Source: Candidatus Obscuribacterales bacterium (GTDB taxonomy: Bacteria; Cyanobacteriota; Vampirovibrionia; Obscuribacterales; Obscuribacteraceae). From it: a DNA stretch of 64,000 nt. The DNA lies in contig CBDDIJ010000002.1 in the NCBI GenBank assembly GCA_965228855.1, positions 1,568,001 through 1,632,000 of the forward strand. Reading direction: 5' to 3'. Position 1 is the stretch's first letter; each line of letters opens with the position of its first letter. The notes below the pieces were generated by a model. That model was not told where the DNA came from and ran no database searches. It saw only the letters and a program-made list of their open reading frames with translations. Shown one piece after another: positions 9,401 to 17,957 of the stretch. Made by a program: the position numbers and the translations under genes.

Positions 9401-10885
9401 GGCGGCGGATTTGAAGTGCCGCTTCGTGGCGTTCGAAATGCGCTTGGTGATCTCGGGCAAAAGTTTATAGAGAAGATCTCACGCACTCTTGGCGAGGTGA
9501 AGGGTGGTGCTGCGAAGAGTCAACCGGTCAAGCTCGTTTATGGATTAGAACTCGCCAGGGTACTGACCTCGGCGTTGAAAGCCGGCGCGCAAAGAGCGGA
9601 CGTTTTAGGTGGTAATCCTCAACCGCCGAAAGGTGATGCGCCGCAACGTCGACCTGTCGTTGATGCGCCACAGCGAGACCCAGCCGTTGATGCGCCACAA
9701 CGTCGACCTATCGATGATACACCACAGCGAGGACCTGCCGGTGATGCACCACAGCGTCGAGCTGTCGGTGACGGTGCGCGTGAACGTCGACCGCTCATTG
9801 ACGCATCTAGCCGCGCGGAGATGCAGTTGAACGCTGCGAATACTCTCACCGTCACTCGGCTGGTTCCGAAGGGTGTGCGTGAAATTCCAGTTTCAGACAG
9901 GGCTATAGATAAGATCAAGTTGACGTCACGTTTGGAAACTCCGACAGTTAGAGCGACTGCCTTACACCGTCTGGAAGCAGCGGCAATTAACGCAAAGACT
10001 GTTCCGGTCATCGATCGTGCGCACCGAGCAGTCGAGATTCGAACCCAAGCGCCGCCCACTGAGGCTCGCCTTCAAAATCCGCTTGAAACCAGGGCGGCGC
10101 CGGCTATTGAAGCCCACACTGTGCGAGTCGAGCAGTCGGAGTTTCGCCCTGTGACTGGACGTCCTGATACCGCAGATGGTGCCGCGAAAGGTTTCAACCG
10201 GCTTCAACCGCAAGTAAACGAGCAAGCCTCTGAAAAGCCGAAGGTTAAAGATGCGAGACCCCGACGGCGTGAGGGTGAGCCTGAGGACGGACGACACAAG
10301 GGCGAGGCGCCGAGGCACATTAGGGATGTGTTCCTCAAATTCAATATCTCGATTCCAAAGCGTTCTTTCCATCCGGCTATTACTGATTCAGGGAGTTATG
10401 TCGCGTTAGATGATGTTAGTTCACAGCGTTTGAATACATTTATCAGTTCTGGTACACACAAGGCTCTGAAGTCTGAGACCGAATTCGAGCGAAGAAGTAA
10501 TCGTTCTGGCTGGTTGGCAGATGCGACCGCTGACCAGGAGACCGGCAAAAGTGACGGGACCGAAAATAATGCGGACGCGACAGGCCAAGCTGCCAACGTC
10601 AAGTCTCAGGACGAAAAGCAGCTGGCTAAAAACGTTCAAGCTGGCACCGCAGGCGATACCGCACGAAAAGTTTATATTGTGCAGGCTGGCGACACGGCTG
10701 AATCTATCGCGCTTGTTCAGCTGCACGATCAGCGGCTCGCCTCTTTGATTGAATCGGTGAATGAGCCTTTGCTGCAAACAGTTTTTGACACTCAAAAGAA
10801 CCTCCATGTTAAGGTTTTGCCGCTTGGAGCAATGATCCTCTTACCAAATAGTCGCGATATCAACGCTTTCCGGGAGCGTACCTGA
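6461..10885 (+). CDS. Giant low-complexity (G/P/S/K-rich) protein with C-terminal LysM-like domain
   Basis: 1474-aa ORF with disordered composition. C-terminal VYIVQAGDTAESIA...LIESVN...LPLGAMILLP matches the LysM pattern. Confidence 0.75.
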   Translation: MSKTNPESGDGKRSGTGATPAASDLMELSKMTVRDHVQEAIGAKDVISFPDVPDAKSRKLLTGEKANEAIDRSLANPSETNATKIERGVEHKSDLPSVVGSRNEPLSPALSAFQKEPLGDQGGSRVSDKPEGVNATPTAAQEGLRQGIQTSNSAGSAVLPSGNLKNQEQTIESSDVAKAPANRLTGNTSGEPLQPVANGGSLFSGSSGPSLEGVLEDGGTTPGAMRSRTSSETGERPQAEVGRNGAAHDIREPSKIGAQSGERRDQVSDRISETATKPKSAADASAQLEGSGGPSVVPKIDSPSLKPDVHAPLTPENNKAPQPSNPQGKADTPQVPAGKIPQTITPGRDEGTQSDGVKQPGRVHLSTAADAVPPAIVIDGKRNEVQSPAVKPGVTGGAKAEIPTSKVQTGATKPNAPGNKGDAGNPPGKPTGDARTIRGQTPSSTGNSEFDPRQGKPRAVKQTDGREPGTEKPPKSPSSIEPPAKVPGARTNATDIGQTLIASGKTDSKQPAAESSVKTVSGIKSGGGQSDASTPVGQKSRGDEGKRGLIDGQKAQVNDGGSRGVINGQKPHGIEGGGRVSSDGPKSQATDGGKRGLVNAEHQPAGKFGPLDAAPAGIRRGLAGTKPANSPTEVNAEKGFVSNGLRGTSEAGVGGKRGSTGFGLGGAKRADGGINQEVKQGSPRIGDASSGRRPQMEGARIDVGSVRAEGQTGRAARAEAVSGHSNSGRAHGVDSPRTEAKIDPGKVGSALGEIIKTNVTGVKYGANEGAKAGTGEGLKGGAASSKGSGARETVNSGKSESAEGGKAPSPKGDKAQSPRGDKAQSPKGDKAQSPTGDKAQSPKSDPADFVKNPAAESVRPGLINAGKQGQRVPPERTVVGGVVDASTPKTPGEGPTRRVSADGTTKKGPAEVPSKKGPFELAPGSLEPKPNLTVRPKPPAALPQAENPHGIVRGDKFTAKPLSPTKQPLEPGKPLATKGEGGGFEVPLRGVRNALGDLGQKFIEKISRTLGEVKGGAAKSQPVKLVYGLELARVLTSALKAGAQRADVLGGNPQPPKGDAPQRRPVVDAPQRDPAVDAPQRRPIDDTPQRGPAGDAPQRRAVGDGARERRPLIDASSRAEMQLNAANTLTVTRLVPKGVREIPVSDRAIDKIKLTSRLETPTVRATALHRLEAAAINAKTVPVIDRAHRAVEIRTQAPPTEARLQNPLETRAAPAIEAHTVRVEQSEFRPVTGRPDTADGAAKGFNRLQPQVNEQASEKPKVKDARPRRREGEPEDGRHKGEAPRHIRDVFLKFNISIPKRSFHPAITDSGSYVALDDVSSQRLNTFISSGTHKALKSETEFERRSNRSGWLADATADQETGKSDGTENNADATGQAANVKSQDEKQLAKNVQAGTAGDTARKVYIVQAGDTAESIALVQLHDQRLASLIESVNEPLLQTVFDTQKNLHVKVLPLGAMILLPNSRDINAFRERT
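8885..8995 (+). repeat. Intragenic 24-bp tandem repeat, ~4.5 copies (SPxGDKAQ)
   Basis: tcaccgaaaggcgacaaagcccag-type units in tandem. Confidence 0.9.
9635..9769 (+). repeat. Intragenic 27-bp tandem repeat, 5 copies (DAPQRRPxx)
   Basis: gatgcgccacaacgtcgacct...-type units encoding DAPQRRPVV/DAPQRDPAV/DAPQRRPID/DTPQRGPAG/DAPQRRAVG. Confidence 0.9.
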
Positions 10886-11047
10886 GTTTTGTCCGATGTT
10901 GTCGCACTGGCTCTTCTAGCACTTGTAAGTGCCTGATCCTAGAAGTGTTAGAGTTCGTGTCCTCTCAAATCATGCTCAATCGGAATAGTTCGCCAGAAAT
11001 CATTCCGTTCGGGACTATTCACTCCCTAACGTCTCAAAAGAGCATCC

Positions 11048-11167
11048 AAAGGATCACCCTAAACAACTACCGACGTAAAAAGGACTTTCTCAAAGGTCAT
11101 CTAAACAACTACCAACGTAAAAGGACCTTCTGAAAGGTCATCTAAGCAACTACCAACGTATCAAAGG
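11048..11167. repeat. Intergenic ~41-44 bp tandem repeat, ~3 copies
   Basis: Unit aaaggtcatctaaacaactaccaacgtaaaaggaccttctg repeats with few changes between convergent genes. Confidence 0.85.
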
Positions 11168-11237
11168 GCATCGTGGGATCGCCAAATGACTCTTTCGGGC
11201 TATGGCCAACCAGGTGCTTCGTGGAGAACCTTCATTC

Positions 11238-11864
11238 TTAGCGGAAAGTTCCATTTCTGTTCTGGTAAATATCCCGTGGCGGCGGTCCCGAGGTTTCCGA
11301 GCTAACATCAATGTTCTGTTGCAGACCTTCAGGATGTTCGATATTGCGAGCGGCTCTGTACGACAATCTTGCGGGGCGTCCTACTCCTGGGACTTGCCCA
11401 ATGAAGGGCACCGAATTCAGATTCATGAAGGGACCGACTTCGTATGTCGCGACTGCTTCGTATGCGTACAGGTGCTCATCAGGGTTTACTGCCCCGGATA
11501 TAAATGGAGTGTTCGGTCCGAACCTCTGCGATACGTTAGTGCTGATGTTGGTGTCGACAACGAACAAATCAACGCCGGAATTATTGAAACCCCCGACGGG
11601 CACCAGGTTTGCGAAGGCGCCAAAACCGCCACCCCAAAGGTCATACGCAGCGGCTTCCGAACTGATGAGCGCGTCTCCGAACGTCGCTGAGTCTCCAGCT
11701 TTCGACGCACACTGCTTTGCAATTAGATAAACAGTCGCCGCTCCCGTGCCGATTGCGATGAGGTTGATTAGCGGGAAGAGTATGATGAAAAAGAAGACGA
11801 AGAGGGCTGGACCGAATTCAGCGATTGAGGCGCCAATGCTTGGACGTTGTCTGCGCTTTGCCAT
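11238..11864 (-). CDS. TadE-like Flp/Tad pseudopilin
   Basis: Basic leader, then G|ASIAEF (Gly -1, Glu +5) and hydrophobic helix GPALFVFFFIILFPLINLIAIG. Confidence 0.7.
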   Translation of the reverse strand: MAKRRQRPSIGASIAEFGPALFVFFFIILFPLINLIAIGTGAATVYLIAKQCASKAGDSATFGDALISSEAAAYDLWGGGFGAFANLVPVGGFNNSGVDLFVVDTNISTNVSQRFGPNTPFISGAVNPDEHLYAYEAVATYEVGPFMNLNSVPFIGQVPGVGRPARLSYRAARNIEHPEGLQQNIDVSSETSGPPPRDIYQNRNGTFR

Positions 11865-11999
11865 CGTTCCGCCTCAAACTATTCCTACTCCTAACTCACA
11901 TACCCGTGCAACCTACTTTCTCCCGCTTGCAAAGTTAAAAATGCGCGCAGCTGTGCGCTTTTGTAGTCTACATAACAGGATCTGGGATGCAGCCGGCGC

Positions 12000-14786
12000 T
12001 TACTCCAGGCGTCTCACCCGCGCAATCAAGTCCTTGTCGTCTTTCATTCGCAGGCCGACTTGAAACGCCAATTCTTTAGTCAATCGCTTCTGCTCTGCAG
12101 TAGTTGGTTTCGATTTCTCAATCGCCTCGACAGCATCTTCAAAGGTCGCCTCACCTGCATCGGTTTTGCCACTATCGAATTCAAACTGCCCGCGCCTGAT
12201 TGCCACCTCGATCCAGTCCCAGCTACCTTCTCCACTGGTTTTTGTCGCCACTGATTCCGCTTTTGCAAGAAACTGTTCCGCGCGCTCTTTCTCATGATGG
12301 TTACGTGCCAGGTCGAATAAATGCAGGTAGTCGTGTAACACGCGCGGGCTGTTTGCTCCATGCTTCGACTCGTCGATCTTCAACTTCATCTCGCCAAGCC
12401 GCATGGACTCGTCGATTGGAACTCCGCGCTTGTCCGCGCATTCTGCCAATCGCGACATGCACAAATCCATCGTAGGCGTGTGCTGAAATCCGAAGTGCAT
12501 TCCGGTTGCAAGAGCTCTTCTGTAAAGTGGTTCTGCGCCTGCGTAATCGCCGCGGGCGAATTTGCATTCTGCTAAACCTTTCAATGTTTCTAGCCAGAAT
12601 AAACTCTTCCGCTGGTGCATCGGCTGGTATAAATCGTGCGCCCGTTGAAAGTTTTCCTGCGCCCCGTCAAGGTCTCCATCGTTCATCTGAATGGTGGCAA
12701 GCAGGGCATAGCAGTTGGCCTGTTCTTCAGGCTCTTGTGTTTCCAAATTTTCGTATATGCGAATTGCCTCGCCAACAGCGGTTTTTGCCGCCTTGGAATC
12801 TTTTTTTGCATATTGATAAAACTCAGCGAGACGAAATCGCGCGTATGCAATCTTTGGATTATTGACCGAATAGTTTGAATGACCTTTGATCGAGGCGTTG
12901 CGTGATGCAGAAATACACTCCTTGAACGTCTTCTCCGCTTCGTTCAATTGACCGAGCTTCTCTTGGGATTGACCCACCCAGCTCAGAGTGGAGACGTAAG
13001 AATCGATATGAGTTGGATCTTTTGAGGCCAATTCCTTTTTGAACGCCGCCGATTTCTTGAAACCATCAAGAGCGCTCTGGTACTCCCCGCGAAAGAACTT
13101 CGTCGATGCCGCCGCATGCAGCGCACGAGCATAACCTAAACCGCGATCTCCAGGGCGAGACGTCTCGTAAGTGGAGATTACTTTCTGCCAGACGTTATCG
13201 GCGATTGCGCGAGTTTCTGCACTGGGATTCACGAGCAAATTAGCTTTGTCGATCATCTCGTTAGTGATTTCATCGAGCTTTGGGACGGACTTCGGTGAGG
13301 ATTCCTTCGCGACCGAAATGAATTGTTCTAGCAGTTCGTTTAAACCAGCTGAAATTGTTTCGTCCCGTTCCTTTTCGATCTTTGCGAAACGCTCGGCGTA
13401 GGGACCCGAATCCAGGTTTCCTTGCGCGATTTGAACGTCGACCAGTTCTCGGAGCACTGGCAGAACCTTCGCGTTATCCAATCCCGCTTTCTGTAATGCT
13501 TGCTCGAAGTGCTGCGTTGCGCCGCGGTAGTCGCCCTTGTCAAAACTATCTTGTCCTTTGACGAACAGTTGGTCCCAGGATAGCGATTGAACTGCATACA
13601 CATTGTTGTAATAGTAAACGCCACCGCCAACGGTGCCTACCAAGAGAGCTATCGCAGCGATTCTTAGAGTCAGTGTTTTTGCGGTAAGCTTTCCCTGCGC
13701 TCCAAAGCGACGTTTTGCAAACTCGACATCGTCCGAAACTTTTCCGAGCCAACTGCGTTCTGTTTTGGAACTCAATCGCGCCAAATCGTTTCGCAATTGC
13801 GTCATTGTTTGATATCGATCTTTTGGATCCTTCGCCATCGCCTTGAGAATGATTGCGTCAAATTCTCGCGCGTGTTCGAAATCTCCGCGCAAAACCTTCA
13901 CGCTCTGCGGCATCTCTGTGGTGTGTTTGAAAAATGTGTCGAATGCGTTGGCGCCTTCAAGCGGTGGTTTGCCGGTGAGCGCCTCGTAAATCAAACATCC
14001 CATGGAGTAGACGTCGGATCGTTGATCGACCGGTTTGCCCATGCACTGCTCGGGGCTCATGTAGAGCGGGCTTCCGAAGACCTCTCCCGTCTGAGTCAGC
14101 TTCATTTTAGCGTCGCCCTCTTGAGGCAAGATCTTGGCGATGCCGAAGTCGAGCACCTTTACGGTCTCGTGACCATCCGCAGTTTTGACAAGCATGATAT
14201 TGCTCGGCTTCAAGTCTCGGTGAATCACACCCTTTGCATGCGCGTGCTGGAGCCCATCGCACGCTTGTGTGAATATGTCGATGGCGCGTTCCGGCGCGAG
14301 TGGACCGTCTTGCATAATTGCGTCGGACAGGGAAATTCCGTCGACCAGGTCCATTATCAGGAACGACGTTCCATCCTTGCCCGCTTTGAAGTCGTGAACC
14401 TTGACGATGTTTATGTGGTCGAGTCTGCCCACTGCTTGCGCTTCTTGTCTAAACCGCAACATTGCGTTGTCGTCCGCAAGCAAGTGCGAGTGCATCACTT
14501 TAACCGCGACTTCTCGATTTATACTTTCTTGCACACCTCTATAAACCGAGCTCATCCCCCCTGAACCAATCATAGAGCGAATCTTGACCGTGTCTGCAAC
14601 GGTTGTTCCGACCAGAGACTGCCCGTTCTCTATTGGCATGATTCCATGCACCGTGGGTGATACCAGCGAGCTGTCTTCCTGGTCCTCGTGTGTGACGAAG
14701 CGCACCACAGTTTCATCCAGTTCGCAAAACTCTTGCGCGACTGGATTGAGCGGCGTTGCTTTTTTGAGTTCGATGTCGTCTGCCAT
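12000..14786 (-). CDS. Transmembrane Ser/Thr protein kinase with C-terminal TPR region
   Basis: GSGGMSSVY, VAVK, HRDLKPSN, DFG and GSPLYMSPEQ. TM segment IAAIALLVGTVGGGVYYY. TPR-like helices, e.g. GDYAGAEPLYRRALA. Confidence 0.95.
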   Translation of the reverse strand: MADDIELKKATPLNPVAQEFCELDETVVRFVTHEDQEDSSLVSPTVHGIMPIENGQSLVGTTVADTVKIRSMIGSGGMSSVYRGVQESINREVAVKVMHSHLLADDNAMLRFRQEAQAVGRLDHINIVKVHDFKAGKDGTSFLIMDLVDGISLSDAIMQDGPLAPERAIDIFTQACDGLQHAHAKGVIHRDLKPSNIMLVKTADGHETVKVLDFGIAKILPQEGDAKMKLTQTGEVFGSPLYMSPEQCMGKPVDQRSDVYSMGCLIYEALTGKPPLEGANAFDTFFKHTTEMPQSVKVLRGDFEHAREFDAIILKAMAKDPKDRYQTMTQLRNDLARLSSKTERSWLGKVSDDVEFAKRRFGAQGKLTAKTLTLRIAAIALLVGTVGGGVYYYNNVYAVQSLSWDQLFVKGQDSFDKGDYRGATQHFEQALQKAGLDNAKVLPVLRELVDVQIAQGNLDSGPYAERFAKIEKERDETISAGLNELLEQFISVAKESSPKSVPKLDEITNEMIDKANLLVNPSAETRAIADNVWQKVISTYETSRPGDRGLGYARALHAAASTKFFRGEYQSALDGFKKSAAFKKELASKDPTHIDSYVSTLSWVGQSQEKLGQLNEAEKTFKECISASRNASIKGHSNYSVNNPKIAYARFRLAEFYQYAKKDSKAAKTAVGEAIRIYENLETQEPEEQANCYALLATIQMNDGDLDGAQENFQRAHDLYQPMHQRKSLFWLETLKGLAECKFARGDYAGAEPLYRRALATGMHFGFQHTPTMDLCMSRLAECADKRGVPIDESMRLGEMKLKIDESKHGANSPRVLHDYLHLFDLARNHHEKERAEQFLAKAESVATKTSGEGSWDWIEVAIRRGQFEFDSGKTDAGEATFEDAVEAIEKSKPTTAEQKRLTKELAFQVGLRMKDDKDLIARVRRLE

Positions 14787-14858
14787 TATGCTCGAACTTA
14801 AGGGCGGTCCTTAACAATATGCCCGGAGCACCTCGCTCGAATCAATTTCAGGCGGCGA

Positions 14859-17348
14859 TTACATTGTGCCGGGAGTGTCCGGAGCGGTTATAGCCGGGCG
14901 CAGGATGTCGTCTAGCGGTTGGGGTTGCTCGACTGACGGTGCTACGGGCACATCAACTGATGCGTCGCTGCTTTGTTCTGCTGGCGGAGTGTCCATTCCG
15001 TTGTCGTTTCGGCTGATAGGCGGTGCGACTGGCGGTGCGGAATTGTCCGCGGGGGCGTTCCATCCGTCGGCTGCAGCGTTGCGGAAGTCGGGTGCAGTGG
15101 TGATGCCGCCGTCGTTTGTGACGGGGGCGCCAGCGCTGTTTCCGCTCGCGCCTACAGTGTTGTTATCACTGTATCCATTAGCACCGGCACTGTTACCGCC
15201 GCCGTACTCGGTCACGCCGTTATTTGTGGTCGGAGATCCACTATCCGAGCCGTAATTCGAGGTGGTTGTGGACTCGTAGTCATGATTGGTCTGAGTAGAG
15301 CCTGCTCCACCAGTCGCGCTGCCAGCGCTTTGTGTTGCACTTCCAACTTCACCGCCGCCAAGCGGGTTGCGCAGTCCGGCAATAATTGAGCGCGCTTGCT
15401 CGTTGTAGGTTCCGCGCGGATCGAGTTGGATGTATTTGTCGAAATCCTGAAGCGCCTCTGTGGGCTGGTTCTCAGCTTGATGCAGCAAACCCATTGCATA
15501 GTAGGCGTTGGCGTAGCTGGGGTTGGCGCGCAAAGCCGCTCTGTAAGCCTCGATTGCGGCAGTATTGTCGTTGAGTTTGGTCAAGACCAGTCCGAGATTG
15601 TAGTGCGCAAGCGCATCTGCAGGGTTAATCTCAATTGCCTTTCGATATTCGGTTGCCGCGCCTTCCATGTTATTCAAGGACAGGTAGATGTTTCCGAGGT
15701 TGATATGCGCCTGGGCGAAATCCGGTTTGATTTCCAGGGCTTTCTTAAACTGTGACATCGCGCTCGACAGCTCGTTTTTGCGCTGTAACGCCAAGCCAAG
15801 GTCGTTGTACGCCTCGTGAGACTGAGGATTGATGCGGATTATAGTCTGATACACATGGAGTGCATCTTCCATTTTGTTCTGCGATTCCTGGTTTGCTGCA
15901 AGCATTGCCAGCAGTTTCGTATCTTCGGGCGTTCTCTCAAGCATGCGCTTGAGCAGAATCTCTGATTGGTCGGGTTTTCCGGTCGCCTCAAACAAATTCG
16001 CAAGCGCCATCAAGGTGTTACGGTCGAACGGCGAAAGATTAAGTGCCGATTCAAGCGCAGACTGCGCTCCGACGTAATCCTTCAGCTTTAACAGCGCAGT
16101 ACCTAGCTCTTGGAACGCAGACGCGTCGGTCGGTTCCGCGCTCAAACCTTGACGATAATAGCTGACAGCCTCGCGCAGTTGCCCGCGCAGAACCAGGTTG
16201 CGACCGAGGTTTATCAAAGATTGCCCATCATTAGGATTGATTTTCAGAACTTCTTTGAACTCGCGGTCCGAGGCCACGAGGTCTTTCTGGCGCTGTTTGA
16301 TAATACCGAGGTTGTAGTGAGCGTCGACGTTGTTCGGCGCGATACGCAGAACGTGCTCGAATTGCGTGGAGGCTTTGTCGATATCACCGGTCAATTGAAG
16401 CAGATAGCCGAGACTGTAACCGGCGTCCACGTCCTGAGGGTCGATTTTCTGGGACTGTTCGTATTCGGTGATAGCGCCCTGGTAGTCTTTGGTTTTCGTG
16501 AGAACATCGCCTAATTGCGCGTGCCACGCTGCATTTCCGGATTTTAAACCGATTGCTGTTCGCAGTTCGTTGGCAGACTGATCGAATTTGTTCTGCATCC
16601 CGTAAGCGGTTGCGAGCAGTGCGTGTGTTTCAGGAACACTCTTGTCAAGTTCGACTGCGCGCTGAAACGCCACTGTCGCACCATTTACATCCTTCAAATG
16701 CAATAAACAGTTGGCAAGGTTGAACTGTATGGAGTAATTATTGGGCTCGTACACCAATATCTTCTTATATTCTTCAACGGCTTCGCGATATGCGCCTTTG
16801 TCTTGAAACGCGGCACCCAGGTGGGAGCGAGCTTTGAGATGGTCCGGATAGGCTGCCAGTACCTGTCGAAGCTGTTTAATCGCCTCATCCTGGTGACCTG
16901 CTACACGCAAAGCGATGCCAAGGTTCAGTCTTAAAAGTGGAACATCCGGCTTCAGCGTAATTGCTGTGCTGTATTCGTGAATTGCGCCATCGATGTCGCC
17001 GATGCTTTGCAGAAGCGTGCCAAGTGTTTCATGAGCGAAAGCGTCCGATGGTCGAAGTGCAAGCGCTCTGCGGTATTCGGCGATTGCATCCTCTATATCC
17101 CCGTGCTGATGCAATGCTGCTGCAAGGCTGAGGTGAACTAGCGGATCGCGAGGAGCGCTAAGGGCTACCTGTTTGAACGCCCGAAGGGCTCGGTCCAGGT
17201 CACCGGCCTTGAAATAAGTGACGCCTTCGTTGTATCGACCGATCAAATCCGGTGACAGCAACGGATTATCAGCATTTGCGGGTGTCGCCGACAACACTGC
17301 AACTGCTAGAGCCGCGAGATACGTACGTCTCAACACTTTTCCTCTCAA
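14859..17348 (-). CDS. Exported multi-TPR protein with acidic/Gly-rich tail
   Basis: Signal-like N-terminus. Long run of canonical 34-aa TPRs, e.g. AHYNLGLVLTKLNDNTAAIEAYRAALRANP. Confidence 0.92.
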   Translation of the reverse strand: MRGKVLRRTYLAALAVAVLSATPANADNPLLSPDLIGRYNEGVTYFKAGDLDRALRAFKQVALSAPRDPLVHLSLAAALHQHGDIEDAIAEYRRALALRPSDAFAHETLGTLLQSIGDIDGAIHEYSTAITLKPDVPLLRLNLGIALRVAGHQDEAIKQLRQVLAAYPDHLKARSHLGAAFQDKGAYREAVEEYKKILVYEPNNYSIQFNLANCLLHLKDVNGATVAFQRAVELDKSVPETHALLATAYGMQNKFDQSANELRTAIGLKSGNAAWHAQLGDVLTKTKDYQGAITEYEQSQKIDPQDVDAGYSLGYLLQLTGDIDKASTQFEHVLRIAPNNVDAHYNLGIIKQRQKDLVASDREFKEVLKINPNDGQSLINLGRNLVLRGQLREAVSYYRQGLSAEPTDASAFQELGTALLKLKDYVGAQSALESALNLSPFDRNTLMALANLFEATGKPDQSEILLKRMLERTPEDTKLLAMLAANQESQNKMEDALHVYQTIIRINPQSHEAYNDLGLALQRKNELSSAMSQFKKALEIKPDFAQAHINLGNIYLSLNNMEGAATEYRKAIEINPADALAHYNLGLVLTKLNDNTAAIEAYRAALRANPSYANAYYAMGLLHQAENQPTEALQDFDKYIQLDPRGTYNEQARSIIAGLRNPLGGGEVGSATQSAGSATGGAGSTQTNHDYESTTTSNYGSDSGSPTTNNGVTEYGGGNSAGANGYSDNNTVGASGNSAGAPVTNDGGITTAPDFRNAAADGWNAPADNSAPPVAPPISRNDNGMDTPPAEQSSDASVDVPVAPSVEQPQPLDDILRPAITAPDTPGTM

Positions 17349-17957
17349 TCTTCCCGGGGTTTTTGCCGGCTAAGCCGGGCGCTACTCATGAAAACTCGCC
17401 TAATTATGCCTGATGACAGGCGAAGAATGAAGGATGTTCCGAGGTGAATCCATTAATATGATTGGCGGCCGTTTCGCCGAAGATTATGTAAAAAGTCTCG
17501 CAAGGCACATGCAATGAGCATAATGGCTGTATACGTAAGCCCCTGATGGTCTTACCGCCCAGACAATAACTTTCTCTTAGACACTATGGCTAAAATCCAG
17601 GGGTGTTTTTTAGACAATGTGGACATTGTGTCGAACAGCCCACTGCGTGTACATTAGAAGTATAGAAGGTAACTAGTAACACCTCAGTGACATTATCACT
17701 GGTGTCACTGCGACATCAGAGTTAACTTCTCCTTTCCCTCCAAAAGAGGCATTCTGTCTGGTTATGGATATCGACATCTCCAATTTTAAAGGCACTCCCT
17801 TTATATAGCGTCGCCAGATTTCACCTCGCGGGCGTCAGCCCAGGTAGCAACCAGGAATCTATATAAGTCTTATACGAAGCTGTTTCGCACGGTTCCGCTG
17901 AACTGTTCGCGCGTTCACAGCTGACGTTCGACACATCTGTCGAACATATCAAAGGAA

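Noticed and set aside
8542..9486. 314-aa antisense ORF with FGDWALSP repeats (and similar long antisense ORFs inside recG, kinases and aspS)
   Set aside because: They are reverse-frame shadows of real genes and their repeats, with no independent motif support.
11048..11167. Possible mini-CRISPR array
   Set aside because: The units are directly tandem with no unique spacers, and there are no cas genes in the window.
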